In this document: piece after piece, positions 26,202 through 40,783 of the stretch
Position numbering within the stretch: position 1 is the stretch's first letter
Layout: each line of letters opens with the position of its first letter
Assembly (NCBI RefSeq): GCF_006345805.1
Contig: NC_043002.1
Location: 75,826,001 to 75,890,000 of the forward strand
From: Octopus sinensis
Lineage: Eukaryota
Length of the DNA: 64,000 nt
Direction of reading: 5' to 3'
The notes under the pieces: model-generated
Told to the model about the DNA's origin: nothing
Databases searched by the model: none
Seen by the model: the letters and a program-made list of their open reading frames with translations, nothing else
Made by a program: the position numbers and the translations under genes

Positions 26202-29200
26202 GGTTTCTGCCCAAACTTACAGAATGGTGGAACTTTAACAATGAACTATTGGTGCCAGATTCTTCAGTTATATCTACCTGCGGCTGGCATTTTGAGTGTG
26301 TTTTGCTTGCTATCTCTATTGATACCATTGCATCAGTACTTACTGTCTGCCACTTACTTAATAAAAACGGAAGAGAACAGGGATGCTGACGACAACAACA
26401 AAGGCAACAGAAACCAACAGCGACATCGACAGCATTGCAGGAGCAGTTAATCACTTATACCACCAGCAGTAGATTGGCCTTCAGAACTTAGATTTAAGAA
26501 GATAAAAAAAATACTATCGACAATAACAACAACGTCAACAACAACTGCTGTAGCAGCAGTAATTGAAACAAAGAAAAGCAGGAGAAGAAACTGAACATGT
26601 AATTTCATGCCAAGCAATGTTGTTTTGAAGGAGACCGAATAATGCAAACTGTCTTTGTCATATTCCAACAATTACCTTGTAATCTTTATCCTGTTCTGTT
26701 TCGTCCTTCAATCAAACAGTAATGCTTGCACCAAACTCCCTTCCTGCCTAAAAAGGAAAAAAAAATTAATTAAAATTAAGGTATAATATATAAATAAACG
26801 GTAAAGGAAAGAAAATCCTGATAGAACACAGAAAGAAACTGTTGGTCGTAAAAAATCTTTTAAAAAAAATGAAGAAAAATTTCTTAATGAATCTGCATAA
26901 ATACAAAAAATAACATAAAAATAATAACAAAAAGTGTGGGCAAGCCAATTCTACTAGTGGTCAGTGAAAACTTTGGTCCTCCCTGGATATGACCAGATCC
27001 CTGTTCCCTTGAATGACATCCCCCACTCCTCTGTTTCAGGGCCGACAATAGGAAACAGATTCATGAAATTATTTCAGATTTTTTTTGTGTTTTGCCTTTC
27101 CCCTACCCTATTTCCCTCACCCTTACCACTACCTGAACGGCACTGGAAAGTTTTACGGAAGAACTTTTTGCTACGGAGCAGAGTGGTGGCAGCGCCGTAA
27201 AAGAGGAAGCAAAAACCAAAAAATAAAAACAAAGCAGCAACAGTCCATATCCATCATTGCTGTTCTTGCTGTCATGTCTCTGTCTCCCTCTTTCCCTCCC
27301 TCTCTATTGAAATTGAAAATAAATGGAATGAAAAAAAAAACCAAAAAATGAAAGAAAAGTTAACTATTAAAGAGACAAAGGTTAATGAAAAAGAAAACAA
27401 AAATTAAAAAAAAAAACATTGAAATTATACCCACCACCACCACAAAAAAAAGACAACATACATAGTAAAACACAAAACAAAGGTTAATCCCCTAAAGTCA
27501 TCTTTTATTGGAAATTTTAGTTTTTTCTTTTATTTTCTTTTAGATAATTCTATCCATTTCACCTCAATACCCACATACATACACACATACATACACGCAT
27601 ACATTCATATGTTGATACATATATACATGCTTGCATTCATATATACATACATGTTTACATACGTACAAATACACATACATAACATCACGCTAATGTGCAT
27701 ACTAGCATACATGCTAGTATGCATACCCGTGTATACGAAAGATAGCTGCGTGTATGCCATAACAGTAGTGATGAAATATATCTGCATAGCTACTCTATCA
27801 GCACGGCACATCTTAGCAGCACTTTGAGGACTCTTAGTTCTGTTCAGCATTACTCAGAGCATCTATGCCCTCTCGTCTAAGCACCAACCTTTCTCAAAGA
27901 ATAACACACGCCATGCATGCACACATGCGTGGACACAGGTGTGTTTGCATCGGTGCAAACACAGAGGGTGACAGAGGTTAGGCTGTAATAGCTTGTCTGT
28001 CACTGTCCTGTTGCATCTCATTTCTGTGCTATAAACACGTGCAGGAACTGATTTTCTCTATTTACATGCATGCATGCATGCACACACACACACACACACA
28101 CACACGGTGTGCTTGCTTATCGCATACAAACATTCAAAAGACTGGTCCATAAGCACACATAAACGCATACAGTGTTAAGTTTAGCACTCTCTCTCACACA
28201 CACACGCACACATGTGCCATACATACAGCAAAAAGATGGTACCCCATACACAGAAAACACTTAGGCTCATATATACACACACACAAATACAGATACACAC
28301 AGAAGTCTTTGAAGTACTGACTAGTGTATTAATCGCACACACACACACACTCACACACACACACAAACACACACACTCACACACACAGACTGGTGTGTTA
28401 CTTGTAGTAACTGATGTCTTTGACATTGGAATATGGTGTGTTTTCACAGTTGGAAATTTTAGTATTTTCTTGGATTGACACATTTCTGAAGAGTTCTTCC
28501 CTGAACAAGCAGAATTTTTCCTACTATTATATTTTTTGTCTGTCTGTCTTTCATTTTAAACCCCCTTCCCTTTCTCTCCCATGTACCTGCATTGCTTACC
28601 CTGCTCTTTTTCTATCTTCCCTATCTCTGTCTGTCTGTCTGTCCCTCACTCACATCCTCTCTCTATGTTTGTACTTCATGTTATCTAGTTTGATTTTAAT
28701 TTCATTTACTGTATAATTTTTCTTTTATTTAGATGATTGTTTTGTAATTAAAACTTTGATGCTTTCAAGAATTTGGTAATCCGCCCCTACCAATCGGTAA
28801 TCATATTGCTCTCTATACCCTACACACACACACACCTTCGCTCTCACATACATACGTATACTACAACTCTTGCATGCACACTTAGCTATACATCTAATGC
28901 ATACAAATGTAACAACCAAACAAGACATACATAGGCTCCACAAAGTACATCTTAATTTGTGAAAAACGAAGAATTTTTTAATTGCTCAGCAATTAATTAT
29001 AAAGAAATGGTAATGAATTTCAGATCTGACATACAGAAGAGAGGAGATATGTACACATTACCCAAATAAATTATATGTATTGCACACACAGACACACACA
29101 CACGCACAAACGTATATCACACGCATACACACACATACATATATATACATACATGTGTGAAGTGTTCAATATTTTATGGAGCTCTTTAGAGTAGATTTGC

Positions 29201-29590
29201 TTCAGTTCTATTTTTGTTTGCGTATATTTTGTTGTGTTGTTTAATGAGTCGTGTGTGTGTGTACAAGTCTTGTATGCATTGTAGAATAGTTTAGGGTTTT
29301 GCTCCTTAAAGATATTTTTGGGTTTACTCTTGCCTGTGCCATTCTGTATTCTCAGAAATGACTAATGGTTGTGGTGGTTTTTTTAGTAGTTGTGATAGTG
29401 GTGATGTGGGTGGTTGCAGTGGTGACCACAAAATGTTTGTTTCTATTGTAGGCAACTCCAGCAGCAACACACAGACACACACACATGCAGCCCCAATAGA
29501 CCAATATGCATTTTACATATTTTACCCATTCAAAAAATGAAGGAATCTTATAAGAAAGTAATTTTTGATAGTAATAATAATAAAAATAAT
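26202..29590 (+). other. Putative 3' UTR of the SMG5-like gene (3' end undefined)
   Basis: Follows the stop codon. It is unique A/T-rich sequence with no recognisable SINE for about 3.5 kb, unlike the flanking introns. AATAAA occurs at 26360, 26793, 27222, 27318, 29065 and 29579. Confidence 0.45.
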
Positions 29591-29716
29591 AATCATAATT
29601 ATTATAATGATATTTCTTCAAACACATGGTGTACCCTTGGTAGTTGGCTGTCATAGCAGAGACAATACCTTCCAGATGTAGTTAAGATGAGGCAGGCTCA
29701 GAAGTTTGAAATTTAA

Positions 29717-29948
29717 TCCTTTTGCATTCAGATTATTTTATTAAATGTGATGCTTATTTATTCACTTTGTTTTCAATTTGTCATCCATTATCTTTTGACT
29801 TCAAGATTTCAGTGATGTGATGGCATATTTTTAGAATGACATTGTAGAGTAGGTGTGAAAAGCTGGATCTGGCCAGTTACAACATAACACAAGTAGAATT
29901 CATTATATAATATTTGGGCTAGATATGGATGGTTTAGATACTAAAGAG
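29717..29948. mobile_element. Decayed TTAA-flanked (piggyBac-like) MITE
   Basis: ttaa|tccttttgcatt ... atactaaagag|ttaa imperfect termini. Confidence 0.5.
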
Positions 29949-30596
29949 TTAAAAAGAAGGTGTCTGAAAGGATTATGTGAGGCCCAACGACTGTGATTTC
30001 CAGCTGTTGTACTACTGAATGTAATTGTCATGTGTTCAAATCTTACTGCATCATTGAGTTGGGCCGTTGAACAAGGCCTTTAATATGCCTGACTGAACTA
30101 AAAAGAATAAAAATTCCAGTCTTCTGTCTTCACATTTGAATGATTAGCGGTAGAAAAGCTTCCCGTTGATGCAGATACAAGAGAGCTTGCAACAATGAAA
30201 AAAAAATGTATACTGATTTCTTACATTTGCATATAGTCTCTTGTTCATAGGGAGGATGTAGTAGCATTCATGCCTTTTTGTGATGGCTAATATTTACTAT
30301 GAATGAAACAGTTTGAACTGGTGATTGGAGGTGTTCTTCTAGCACAGACTCTTTTTTTTTTATTTTGTCCCAGAACTCACTGCCACTGTAGAGAACCTAG
30401 TTCCCCTTGCCTGCCCTCTCCCCAAAGAAACAACACTGATGATAATGATGATGATGATGACAATGATTATAGCCATCAAAAATGTATTGTAAACAGGCTT
30501 CTCGAATTTTTCCTTGTGTAATGATTTGACTTCAACTTGAACTGATAAAGTAGGACATAGACAGTGTCTTGTCATTAAAACACACACATTTATCAA

Positions 30597-30631
<35 letters not shown>

Positions 30632-31585
30632 CTTTGATAAATAGATATAAGATATTGATGTGAGCACATATAAAATGGTACTTCTATAGCTTGCTGCCTA
30701 TCAAGACATTGGCATGACTATAGCATGTGGCCTATCCAGAATCTATATGTTGGTGGAGGATAGAAAAAAGATTTGTCATAGAATTTATTAACGATCATTG
30801 TATAAACAAAACATAGAGATGTTGAATAATAGCATAATAATGATAATAATAATAATAATAATAATAATAATGTACACTGTTAAATAATCTATTAATGATC
30901 ACATCCTAATAGAATGAGTGTCCAGGCATACCTAATTTTGGTATTCATTGATCACCCTTTTGTGAGATCAAGTCAGATGAGGTCGAGTAGGAGGTCATCA
31001 TTGATCTGCTGCCTTAACAATATCAGGTCAGGTGAGATCTTGGTAGCTGGATGCCTTAAAGTACCATAACCTGCACACATTGCGACTTGTAACAGTTATA
31101 GTGAAGTAGCATCTATATAAAAACACATTTGAACAACCATACAAACATATTTGATTGTATGTATGTGTGTGTGCGTGTGTATACATGCTGGTCTGTGCCC
31201 CACAACTTAGCAGTTCAACAAGAAGTGATCCATAAAATAAGTAGCAGGCTGAAATGAATTCTGAGGTTAATAGGAATAACTAAAACTTCTGATATTGTCC
31301 TTGTTTGGCAGTAACCCTATGACTCAAACTACCAAAAGAATAATACATATATGTGTGTGTGTGTGTGCATTTTATACACACACACACATATATATATACA
31401 CAAACACATACACACAGACACATATACACACTTCATTGTTGGGTACTGATCCACAGAAGACAGTATTTAATACAAACTTAGAATGCAGTTGTTTTTTAGG
31501 CCTGTGCAGTGGTCTTGTACTCTAGTTTCTGTTGCCACTTCTTTCATCGAGTCATATATATGCATGTGTGTGTGTGTGTATGTGC

Positions 31586-31623
<38 letters not shown>

Positions 31624-33015
31624 TCACACATAGATATGATTATAATTAGAACATAAATACATATACATGCAATATGAATAATGCATTTCAAAGCAAAAGA
31701 GCTTGTGCCACTCCTCTCTTCTATGTCTTCCTTTGCTGTGTGATGTTGGCAATTAGACGAAGTGAGTAATTAGATGAACTGTTAATGATAAAGGTTAGGC
31801 ATTTCTTTGTGTCAAGTAACTAAACTCCCTTCTGTGTTTGGAGTACTTGCAGTTAACATCCATGTACTTTTTTTTTGTACTTCAGTCTCCATTTGATATG
31901 ATTTAAATTAGTTGTTAATACAGTTGGGAATGTCATGAATACCACAACATCATTTTCCTGTCTTCTCAAATCTAACATCCCCATTCCTAGTACTGGCAGA
32001 ATCATTAGCACTCCAGGAAAATTGCCTTGCAATAATCATTTGAGCTCTTTATATTTTGAGTTCAAATCCACCCCAAGGTCAGCCTTGCCTTTCATCCATC
32101 TAAGGTCAATAAAATGAAACACCACTTTTACACACGGTTGCTTAATTTTTTTTTTTTCTGGATATAGTAAAAAGTCAAACCACCCTCACCCCATAATCTT
32201 ACAAGTGGGAAAGGATTGTTACATTAAGTAGTTTTAGATAAATCTTAAAAGACATGATGGGTATGGCTGGAATGCAGGGACAACCTGGGGTTGAACTACA
32301 GCTAACCATTTTGTCCATCTCAAAGAGAAGACTTAAAGTAGAAATAGCAGCTAAACCTTCAACATTTAAAAAAAATATGCTGTCTTTATTTCAGTTAATC
32401 TTAAAGATGACAAAGAATTTAATAAAATAACTCAGTCATTTTGAAGCTCAGGTTTGGAACATAAATTAACATGGAATTTTGATAGATTTTGATTAAGATC
32501 ACTTAAAAACAAGGAGTTTGTATTACAGAATTGGGTGGTCTTAGGTACGTTGGTATTGAAAGGGTTAATTACATCCCACTATCTTAGGAAAAATAAAAGC
32601 AAAAAAAACTGCATTGGATAATCTGATCCTAGAAACCGATGGGGTGGTCATGGCTGGAATACCTAGGATTACTCTGTGTTGATTAGAAGGTAAACCTCTG
32701 CAAAAGTTTGTATTTTGTAAGTTTGCTGATCTCAATACTTAAAATTCTTGTTCTGTAAGGAGTAAACACGTTTATTCCTGTATTCACATGCATGCATAGT
32801 ATACAAACAACACAACTTTATATGAGCCTTTGTTGTAACACTGTATCATAAACTAGGAAGAACTTTGTGTAATGTGGTCTTGGATAGTTTGTGTGACAAT
32901 TTGACGGGAGGAACTTGGTTGGATTCCTTTGAACGGAACTACCTTTGAGCCAACAATAGCATCAATAACAACATTGTACACGTCCCTCTCAGCTAAAATA
33001 CCAAATCCATTCATA

Positions 33016-33067
<52 letters not shown>

Positions 33068-33347
33068 AAGTTAAAAATAATAGTCATTACATATCTTACC
33101 TTTATTGGAGCAAATTTGGCTTGCAGCTGTTTCCAGTAGTCGTTATAGGTACATTACTGATAGGTTTACTTAATTGGTCTATTGATCACTTGATTACAAT
33201 ATAGAACTGTGATGAACCATAACCTTGGACCTTACCATAAAAATACTTGTTCTTCACTAATCTAAATAATGTTAGCTAGGTGTCCCAACATAGAGCTTAC
33301 GAGGTATTTTGTCTTGATTGATAATCCCTCACTATTAGCTATATATA

Positions 33348-33393
<46 letters not shown>

Positions 33394-33537
33394 GCATGTA
33401 TATATATATCTGTGTGTATACATATATAATCAAACATTGTGAGTGAAATTTGTGGATGGAAGCTGAAAGAAGTTTCTCTTTTACATATATATATATATAT
33501 ATATTTTAAGGTTTGGAGGTGATCTACAGGTATTATA

Positions 33538-33760
33538 TATTAGAAGAAATAAGGTACTCAGAAATCTGGATGGTTTTATATTTATAGATTTTTATTAATA
33601 TGTCACATGTTTTTATATATCATATATTAGCGCTTGCATCTACTCTAGTAGAGAGTAGATGCAAGCGCTAATATATGATTTATAAACATGTGTGACAAAT
33701 TAATAAAAATCTATGAATATAAAACCATCCAGATTTCTGAGTACCTTATTTCTTCTAATA
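33538..33760. repeat. Long near-perfect inverted repeat (109-bp arms, 5-nt loop)
   Basis: Arms 33538-33646 and 33652-33760 are reverse complements with a few central mismatches; embedded in (TA)n. Confidence 0.92.
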
Positions 33761-33771
33761 TATATATATAT

Positions 33772-33802
<31 letters not shown>

Positions 33803-34484
33803 GTATATTTGTGTGTGTATCTGTTTCTTTACCTTTGTGCTTCTCCAAAATAAGTCACCCAAGTTACAGGTAGTGGGGTTACAGTAATTTTTTCCCAGTC
33901 AACGAGTTGTTTATTGACTCGGCATCTTCAATAATATGTGGAGTAAGGTATCCCTTACTTGCAGTGTATTGCAAGGTTTGTGAGAGAAGAGGCATCCAAA
34001 TGTTACACAAAATATATTCCTCTGATTTCTACTCATTTAGAAAAATGGACGTAAAAATGAACCCACAATACATACATTTGTACATATATACACACACATA
34101 TATATATGTGTGTGTATTTGTGTATGTATGCATGTTCAGTTGAGGGGGTCTTGTCTTGCAAATTACTTGGTGATTTCACTGCTGTTGGTGACACATGAAA
34201 AGCATCCAGTACACTCTGCAAAGTGGGAGGCTTTTAGAAGGGCATCCAGCTGTAGGAATCATGCCGAAGCAGATGGCTGGGATTGGTGCAGGCTTCTTAC
34301 CTGCCACTTTCTCTGGAACCCTCCAACCCATGCCGGCACAGAAAACAGATGTTAAATGATGAGGATAATAAGTAGTGTAAAAACAGCAACACAAAGGATG
34401 AAGTAAAAACAAAGTGAAACATAGTGTATATTAGGTTGACACTCAGGAAATGGGGGAAAAAGTATATATATATATGTATATACA

Positions 34485-34551
<67 letters not shown>

Positions 34552-34557
34552 TCAATC

Positions 34558-34773
34558 CTTTCTACAATTGGCACAAGGCCTGAAAGTTTGGTGGTGGTGA
34601 TGGTTAGTTGATTGTATTGGTCCCTGTGCCTCACTGGTTCTTATTTTATCAAGCCCGAAAGGATGAAGGGCAAAGTCAACCTTGGTGGAATTTGAACTCC
34701 GAATGTAAAAATGGGTTAAATACCACTAAGCATTTTGTTCAGCATTGCTAACAGTTTCACCAGCTCACTGCCT
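34558..34773 (-). mobile_element. SINE family B
   Basis: Reverse-complement core and head. Confidence 0.8.
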
Positions 34774-34913
34774 TAATTTATAAATGAGTTTGCGTGGGCA
34801 TATGTATATGCATTAACTCTTTTGTGTGGGTGTATATATATATGTATATATGCATTAACTCTTTTTTCTATACACACACGCATGCACACACACACACACA
34901 CATATATATATAT

Positions 34914-35324
34914 TACTCTTTTCAGTCATTTGACTGTGGCCATGCTGGAGCACCACCTTTAGTCGAGCAAATCGACCCAGGACATATTCTTTGTAAGCCT
35001 AGTACTTATTCTGTCTGTCTTTTTTGCTGAACCGCTAAGTTACGGGGACGTAAATGCACCAGCATCAGTTGTCAAGTGATGTTGGGGGAACAAACACAGA
35101 CACACAAACATATACACACACACACACACACACACATACACATATATATATTCATATATATGATGGGCTTCTTTCAGTTTGTGTCTACCAAATCCACTCA
35201 CAAGGCTTTGGTAGGCGCGAGGCTATAGTTGAAGATACTTGTCCAAGGTGCCACGCAGTGGGACTGAACCTGGAACCATGTGGTTGGTAAGCAAGCTACT
35301 TACCACACAGCCACTCCTATGCCT
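34914..35324 (-). mobile_element. SINE family A, full length
   Basis: Reverse-orientation homologue. Confidence 0.88.
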
Positions 35325-35764
35325 AGGAGTGTGTGTGGAAGAAAGAGTTAATGCAATCTGTTTTAGCTGAGATCTGAAAACATGACAACTGTTAACTTTA
35401 TAGTTTTCTTTTTTATCTGTTTTGTGCCATTTCACTATTATTATTATTATTCTTGTTTGGTCTTCCAATCCTGTAACAGCTTTCACACACATTGTGGGCA
35501 CCCATTCACTTCTCTTTCTGTCCAGCTCTTCCACTGTGAACCCTTTTTATATTCAACAGTTTCGTAAGAAACTAATCTTTATATTCTAAAATGCCACTTG
35601 CAATTGCTCTGCTACACCTGCTCATTTTTGTTTTTCTTTTTCCTCCTTTTTTTATTTTTTGCATATGTGTGTGTAGTTTTTAGTTTGTTTTATTGTTGCT
35701 CTTTTCATTTTCTTCATCTCGAAGACAATCTTACCCCAGAACCATGACAAATTTTATTGGCTTA

Positions 35765-36856
35765 GGCCAGTGGGTGACAGAATGTGTAGAGACCATTGAA
35801 CGAAATGCCTTGCAGCCTTGCCGTATTTAATTACATCTGTTTAAGTTTCAAGTGGAAATCCAGCTGAGGCTGATTTAATCAATGTTACACATACCCCTTT
35901 CCCCACCATACTTCAAAAATCTGTTGTATTTGTGCTCATGTTAGTTATATTATTATTATTATTATTATTAAAATAAACTGCCAGCCAAATACTGGGATTG
36001 AAGGTACCAGCTAACACTTCTCTCCTCAATATGGTTGGCTTTGTACCTAAATCAGCTCAACTTTGCCTTTCATCCTTTCAGGGTTGATAAAATAAGTACC
36101 AGTCAAGTACTGGGGTTGAAGTAATCAACTATCCACCTCCCCACAAAATATCAAGCCTGGTGCCTGTAGCTGAAAGGATTATTTTTGTTGTTATTATTGT
36201 TAGGGTCCATAAGGCAGTGAGCTGGCAGAATCATTAGCACGGTGGATGAAACACTTAGTGGTATTTCGCCCATCGCTATATTCTGAGTTCAAATTCCACT
36301 GAGGTCGACTTTGCTTTTCATCCTTTTGGGGTTGATAAATTAAGTACCAGTTTCGCACTGGGGTCGATATAATCGACTTGTCCCCCACCCTACAAATTTG
36401 AGACCTTGTGCCTCCAGTAAAAAAGATTATTTTTAGGGTTCATAACGATTCTCCAAGCTTGTTGGGTGAATCCTTATGCTTAATGGCTTTTCTTCAAATT
36501 CCACCAAGGTTGACTTTGCCTTTGATCCTTTCAGATTAGTCAATTACATTGACAGGAGTCAATGTAATTAACTAACACTGCCCCCCACTTAAAATTACTT
36601 GTGCTGGAATTGGGAAGAATTATTGCTATTTCAGGTGGTGAGCTGGCAAAATCGTTAGTGTGCTGGTCAAAATGTTTTGTTGCATTTCATAAGTCTTTAC
36701 ATTCTGAGTTCAGATTCCACCAAGGTCAGTTTTGCTTATCATTCTTTTGGGATGAAATAAGTACTAGAAATAAGAGCTGTGGGGTCAATGTAATCAAGTA
36801 TAGCCCCCCGTCTCACAAAATGCTTTAGAACTTGTGTCTGTAGTAGAAAGGATTAT
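35765..36856 (+). mobile_element. Cluster of about five co-oriented SINE family B copies or fragments
   Basis: Core motif repeated at about 35865, 36060, 36300, 36505 and 36720. Confidence 0.78.
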
Positions 36857-36877
36857 TGTTATTATTATTATCATTAT

Positions 36878-37216
36878 TGAGTGAGAGAGCAGTGCATGCC
36901 ATCAAAGTGACACTGGGGCAAAATATACGAAGCCCAGTATACCCATCATGACAACCCGTCTGATAAGGGTACACCAGGCACATGCATCACAACCATATGT
37001 GTGCGACATGGTAATCTCATATCAAGATAAAGAGTACATGACCTTGCAGGTGGGGCCCAGTTAGAATTTTCTTCTGGTCGAGTAACCCATCCCGCTCAAA
37101 AGGTCCCTGAATAAGGGTTGTTCAAGGATGTTGAACGAACCACTCATGTTTCCAAAGGTGAATTATCTAAACCTCTAAGAATTCCTTTCAACACATGGCT
37201 ATGATGCTCCCCCACT
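36878..37216. mobile_element. Truncated copy of the (TTA)n-flanked repeat at 23290
   Basis: Direct sequence similarity. Confidence 0.75.
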
Positions 37217-37851
37217 TATCATTTTTATTATTATTATTATTATTATTATTGGCAGGGTTAGAGTATAATTCTATGTTTTAAGAAATTGGTAGATATGATT
37301 CCATTTACGTTTGAAATAGTTTCACTTCTGCTCTGCTCTGGTGCCATTTGCAAAAAGTATTGAGTCTTCACGTCCCTTGCTTCTTTCTCTTTCTGTCTGT
37401 CTCTGTCCCTCCCCAACAGCCTGTATGCTTCATCTCATTTTTTTAACCCCTTCTTTTAACCCTTAGTCATTAGTTATGTCTCAGTTGAAACATTACATGT
37501 TGTCAATTCATAGAGCTGATTCCAATACGTTTTTTCATGCATGTCTCATATTCTTGTAGTGCTTGTGTGTGTGTCTGTGTATGTATATTTCATTTTTGTG
37601 TTTGATAAACTGCCCACCACCACCTCCAGGTTTACAGACGTGAATGTATTTGTGAATATATTGTTTGGCATGCATGTGTGCTTCTATGCATCCATATATG
37701 TATGGCTGGCTAAAGATATGGATGCATGGTTGTATTTACATTGTACTTTGTTGTATTCTTAAACTATCTCCTGTATAAAAAGGAACCAGCAATAACTGGG
37801 TGAACTGTAGCAAAAGTGTTTTATATATGTATATATAACCCTAATGTATAG

Positions 37852-37884
<33 letters not shown>

Positions 37885-37953
37885 TATATATATATTATAT
37901 ATATATATATATGTAATATATATATATATATGTATATATAATATTATGTATAG

Positions 37954-37984
<31 letters not shown>

Positions 37985-37986
37985 GT

Positions 37987-38019
<33 letters not shown>

Positions 38020-38031
<12 letters not shown>

Positions 38032-39479
38032 TTATACACAACTAAAAATAAGGGTGTCTGAGAGACACCACCATGCCGAAATAGCAGTCAAATCCCTGAC
38101 TCTAAAACCACCCTAAATGTCATATCGCACCATGAGATAAGAAGAGAGAGACAAAATAGACTAGCAAAAAGAATTACTGAATAATCAAGATCCTGGATTT
38201 CTAGCTTTGCTTTAAATAAGCTTTGCTGTCATCAGTTGAATATATCAGAGCAACAATGCAGAACAAACGTTATACTTACATATAAGAAACGTCCATTGCA
38301 TACATATATATGCACTTATGTACAAGGCCAGTTTAAATTGCGGTGTTGTATATATATATGGTGTGTGTGTGTGTGTGTGTTGGTGTTATGGATATATATA
38401 TATATGTGTGAGTGTGTATGTATGTAAATTGTTGTACCTCACCTTACCACCTCCTGCCCATGCTTCTTCACCTCACCTCACTTTACTGTTCACATCCTGA
38501 TGAAGTATGTATACGTATGTCTTGTGTGTGTGTGTGTTGGTGTGTGTGCGCATGTAAAAATATACACACATACATACATACATACATATATATATGTGTG
38601 TGTGTGTGTATTGTTTACAAGCACACATCATACGTCTATGTAAATGTTATGTAGAGTTATGTTGCTTTTGTGGAACCTTCAGGCTATCCATAAAGAGAAA
38701 ATGTGTTTTCCTATAGAATTAGTTACAGTTTGCATTGAAGAAAAAAATTAAAATTTTTTTTTTTTTTTGCATGATCAGAATTATTCAAAGACATTCACAC
38801 GTGTGCGTGCGCAACAACACATGCATATAAAAACATACCAGCACAAATACGCAATTTTTTCTTCTTTTTGGACCACTACACCATTGTATTGTTTTTCTTA
38901 TTTTTCTTTCTTTTTTTTTTTCTTCTTCCTGGTTTTGGTTAATTGAAATGAAAAACATTTTGCTTTTAAGTTCTTAATAAACCTCTGAAAATGCCAAATT
39001 ACCATTTATACACCTACTATATATATATATATATATATATTAGTATGTATGTATGTATAGGTGTTGTGTTATGTTGATTTTAGTACTGTATTGTTTCTGG
39101 TTTACTTATCCTTTTGTGTAGTATAGTTTGTAATCAACTGGATATGTCAACATATCTTTAGTATATGAACTGGCTATCTAAAAAATAATGTATACACCCT
39201 TTATAGAATGTATAGCTTGATGTCAACGTTTTCTTTCAGTACATACACATCACTCTCCTTTATATATATATATATATATATATAATATACACACCTGTGA
39301 TATGTATTTATGATGTATATATATATCATTATGCATATATATAGACACTAATACATGTGTGAATGTGTGTGTGTATATATATATATAATATGATATGTAT
39401 ATATATATGTATGTATGATATATATATATGTATGTATATATATTATGTATATATGTATGTATATATGTATGTATATATG

Positions 39480-39523
<44 letters not shown>

Positions 39524-40505
39524 TTATACACAACTAAAAATAAGGGTGTCTGAGAGACACCACCATGCCGAAATAGCAGTCAAATCCCTGACTCTAAGAA
39601 CCACCTTAAATGTTCATATCGCACCATGAGATAAGACAGAGACAAAATAGACTAGCAAAAAGATATTACTGAATAATTCAAGATCCTGGATTTCTAGCTT
39701 TGCTTTAAATAAGCTTTGCTGTCATCAGTTGAATATATCAGAGCACAATGCAGAACAAACGTTATACTTACATATACGAACGTCCATGCATACATATATA
39801 TGCACTTATGTACAAGGCCAGTTTAAATTGCGGTGTATATATATATATGTGTGTGTGTGTGTGTGGTGTGTATATGTATATATATATATATGTGTGTGAG
39901 TGTATGTATGTAAATTTGGTACCTCATCCCTTACCACCTCACTGCCCATGCTTCTTCACCTCACACTTTACTGTTCACATCCTGATGAAGTATGTATATA
40001 CGTATGTCTTTTGTGTGTGTGTGTGTGTGTGCGCATGTAAATATATACACACATACATACATACATACATATATATATATGTGTGTGTGTGTGTGTTGTT
40101 TTACAAGCACACATCATACGTCTATGTAAATGTTATGTAGAGTTATGTTGCTTTTGTGGAACCTTCAGGCTATCCATAAAGAGAAAATGTGTTTTCCTAT
40201 AGAATTAGTTACAGTTTGCATTGAAGAAAAAAATAAAAATTTTTTTTTTTTTGCATGATCAGAATTATTCAAAGACATTCACACGTGTGCGTGCGCACAC
40301 ACACATGCATACATAAAAACATACCAGCACAAATACGCAATTTTTTCTTCTTTTTGGACCACTACACCATTGTATTGTTTTTCTTTATTTTTCTTTCTTT
40401 TTTTTTTTCTCTTCCTGGTTTTGGTTAATTGAAATGAAATACATTTTTATCTTTTAAGTTCTTAATAAACCTCTGAAACTGCCAACTTACCATTCTTATT
40501 ACACC

Positions 40506-40538
<33 letters not shown>

Positions 40539-40743
40539 AGGTGTGTGTTATGTTGATTTTAGTACTGTATGTTTATGGTTTACTTATCCTTGTGTAGTAT
40601 AGTTCTGTTACTCAACTGGATATGTCAACATATCTTTAGTTATATGAACTGGCTATCTAAAGAAAATAAATGTATACACCCTTTATAGAATGTATAGCTT
40701 TGTATGTCAACGTTTTTCTTTTCATTACATACACATCACTCTC

Positions 40744-40783
<40 letters not shown>

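Noticed and set aside
25996-26238. 80-aa ORF from the track overlapping the terminal exon
   Set aside because: Starts within a SINE and reads the exon in the wrong frame
33100-33157. Minus-strand exon-like segment ending AAG|gtaag
   Set aside because: All three frames contain stops when read from the only nearby acceptor
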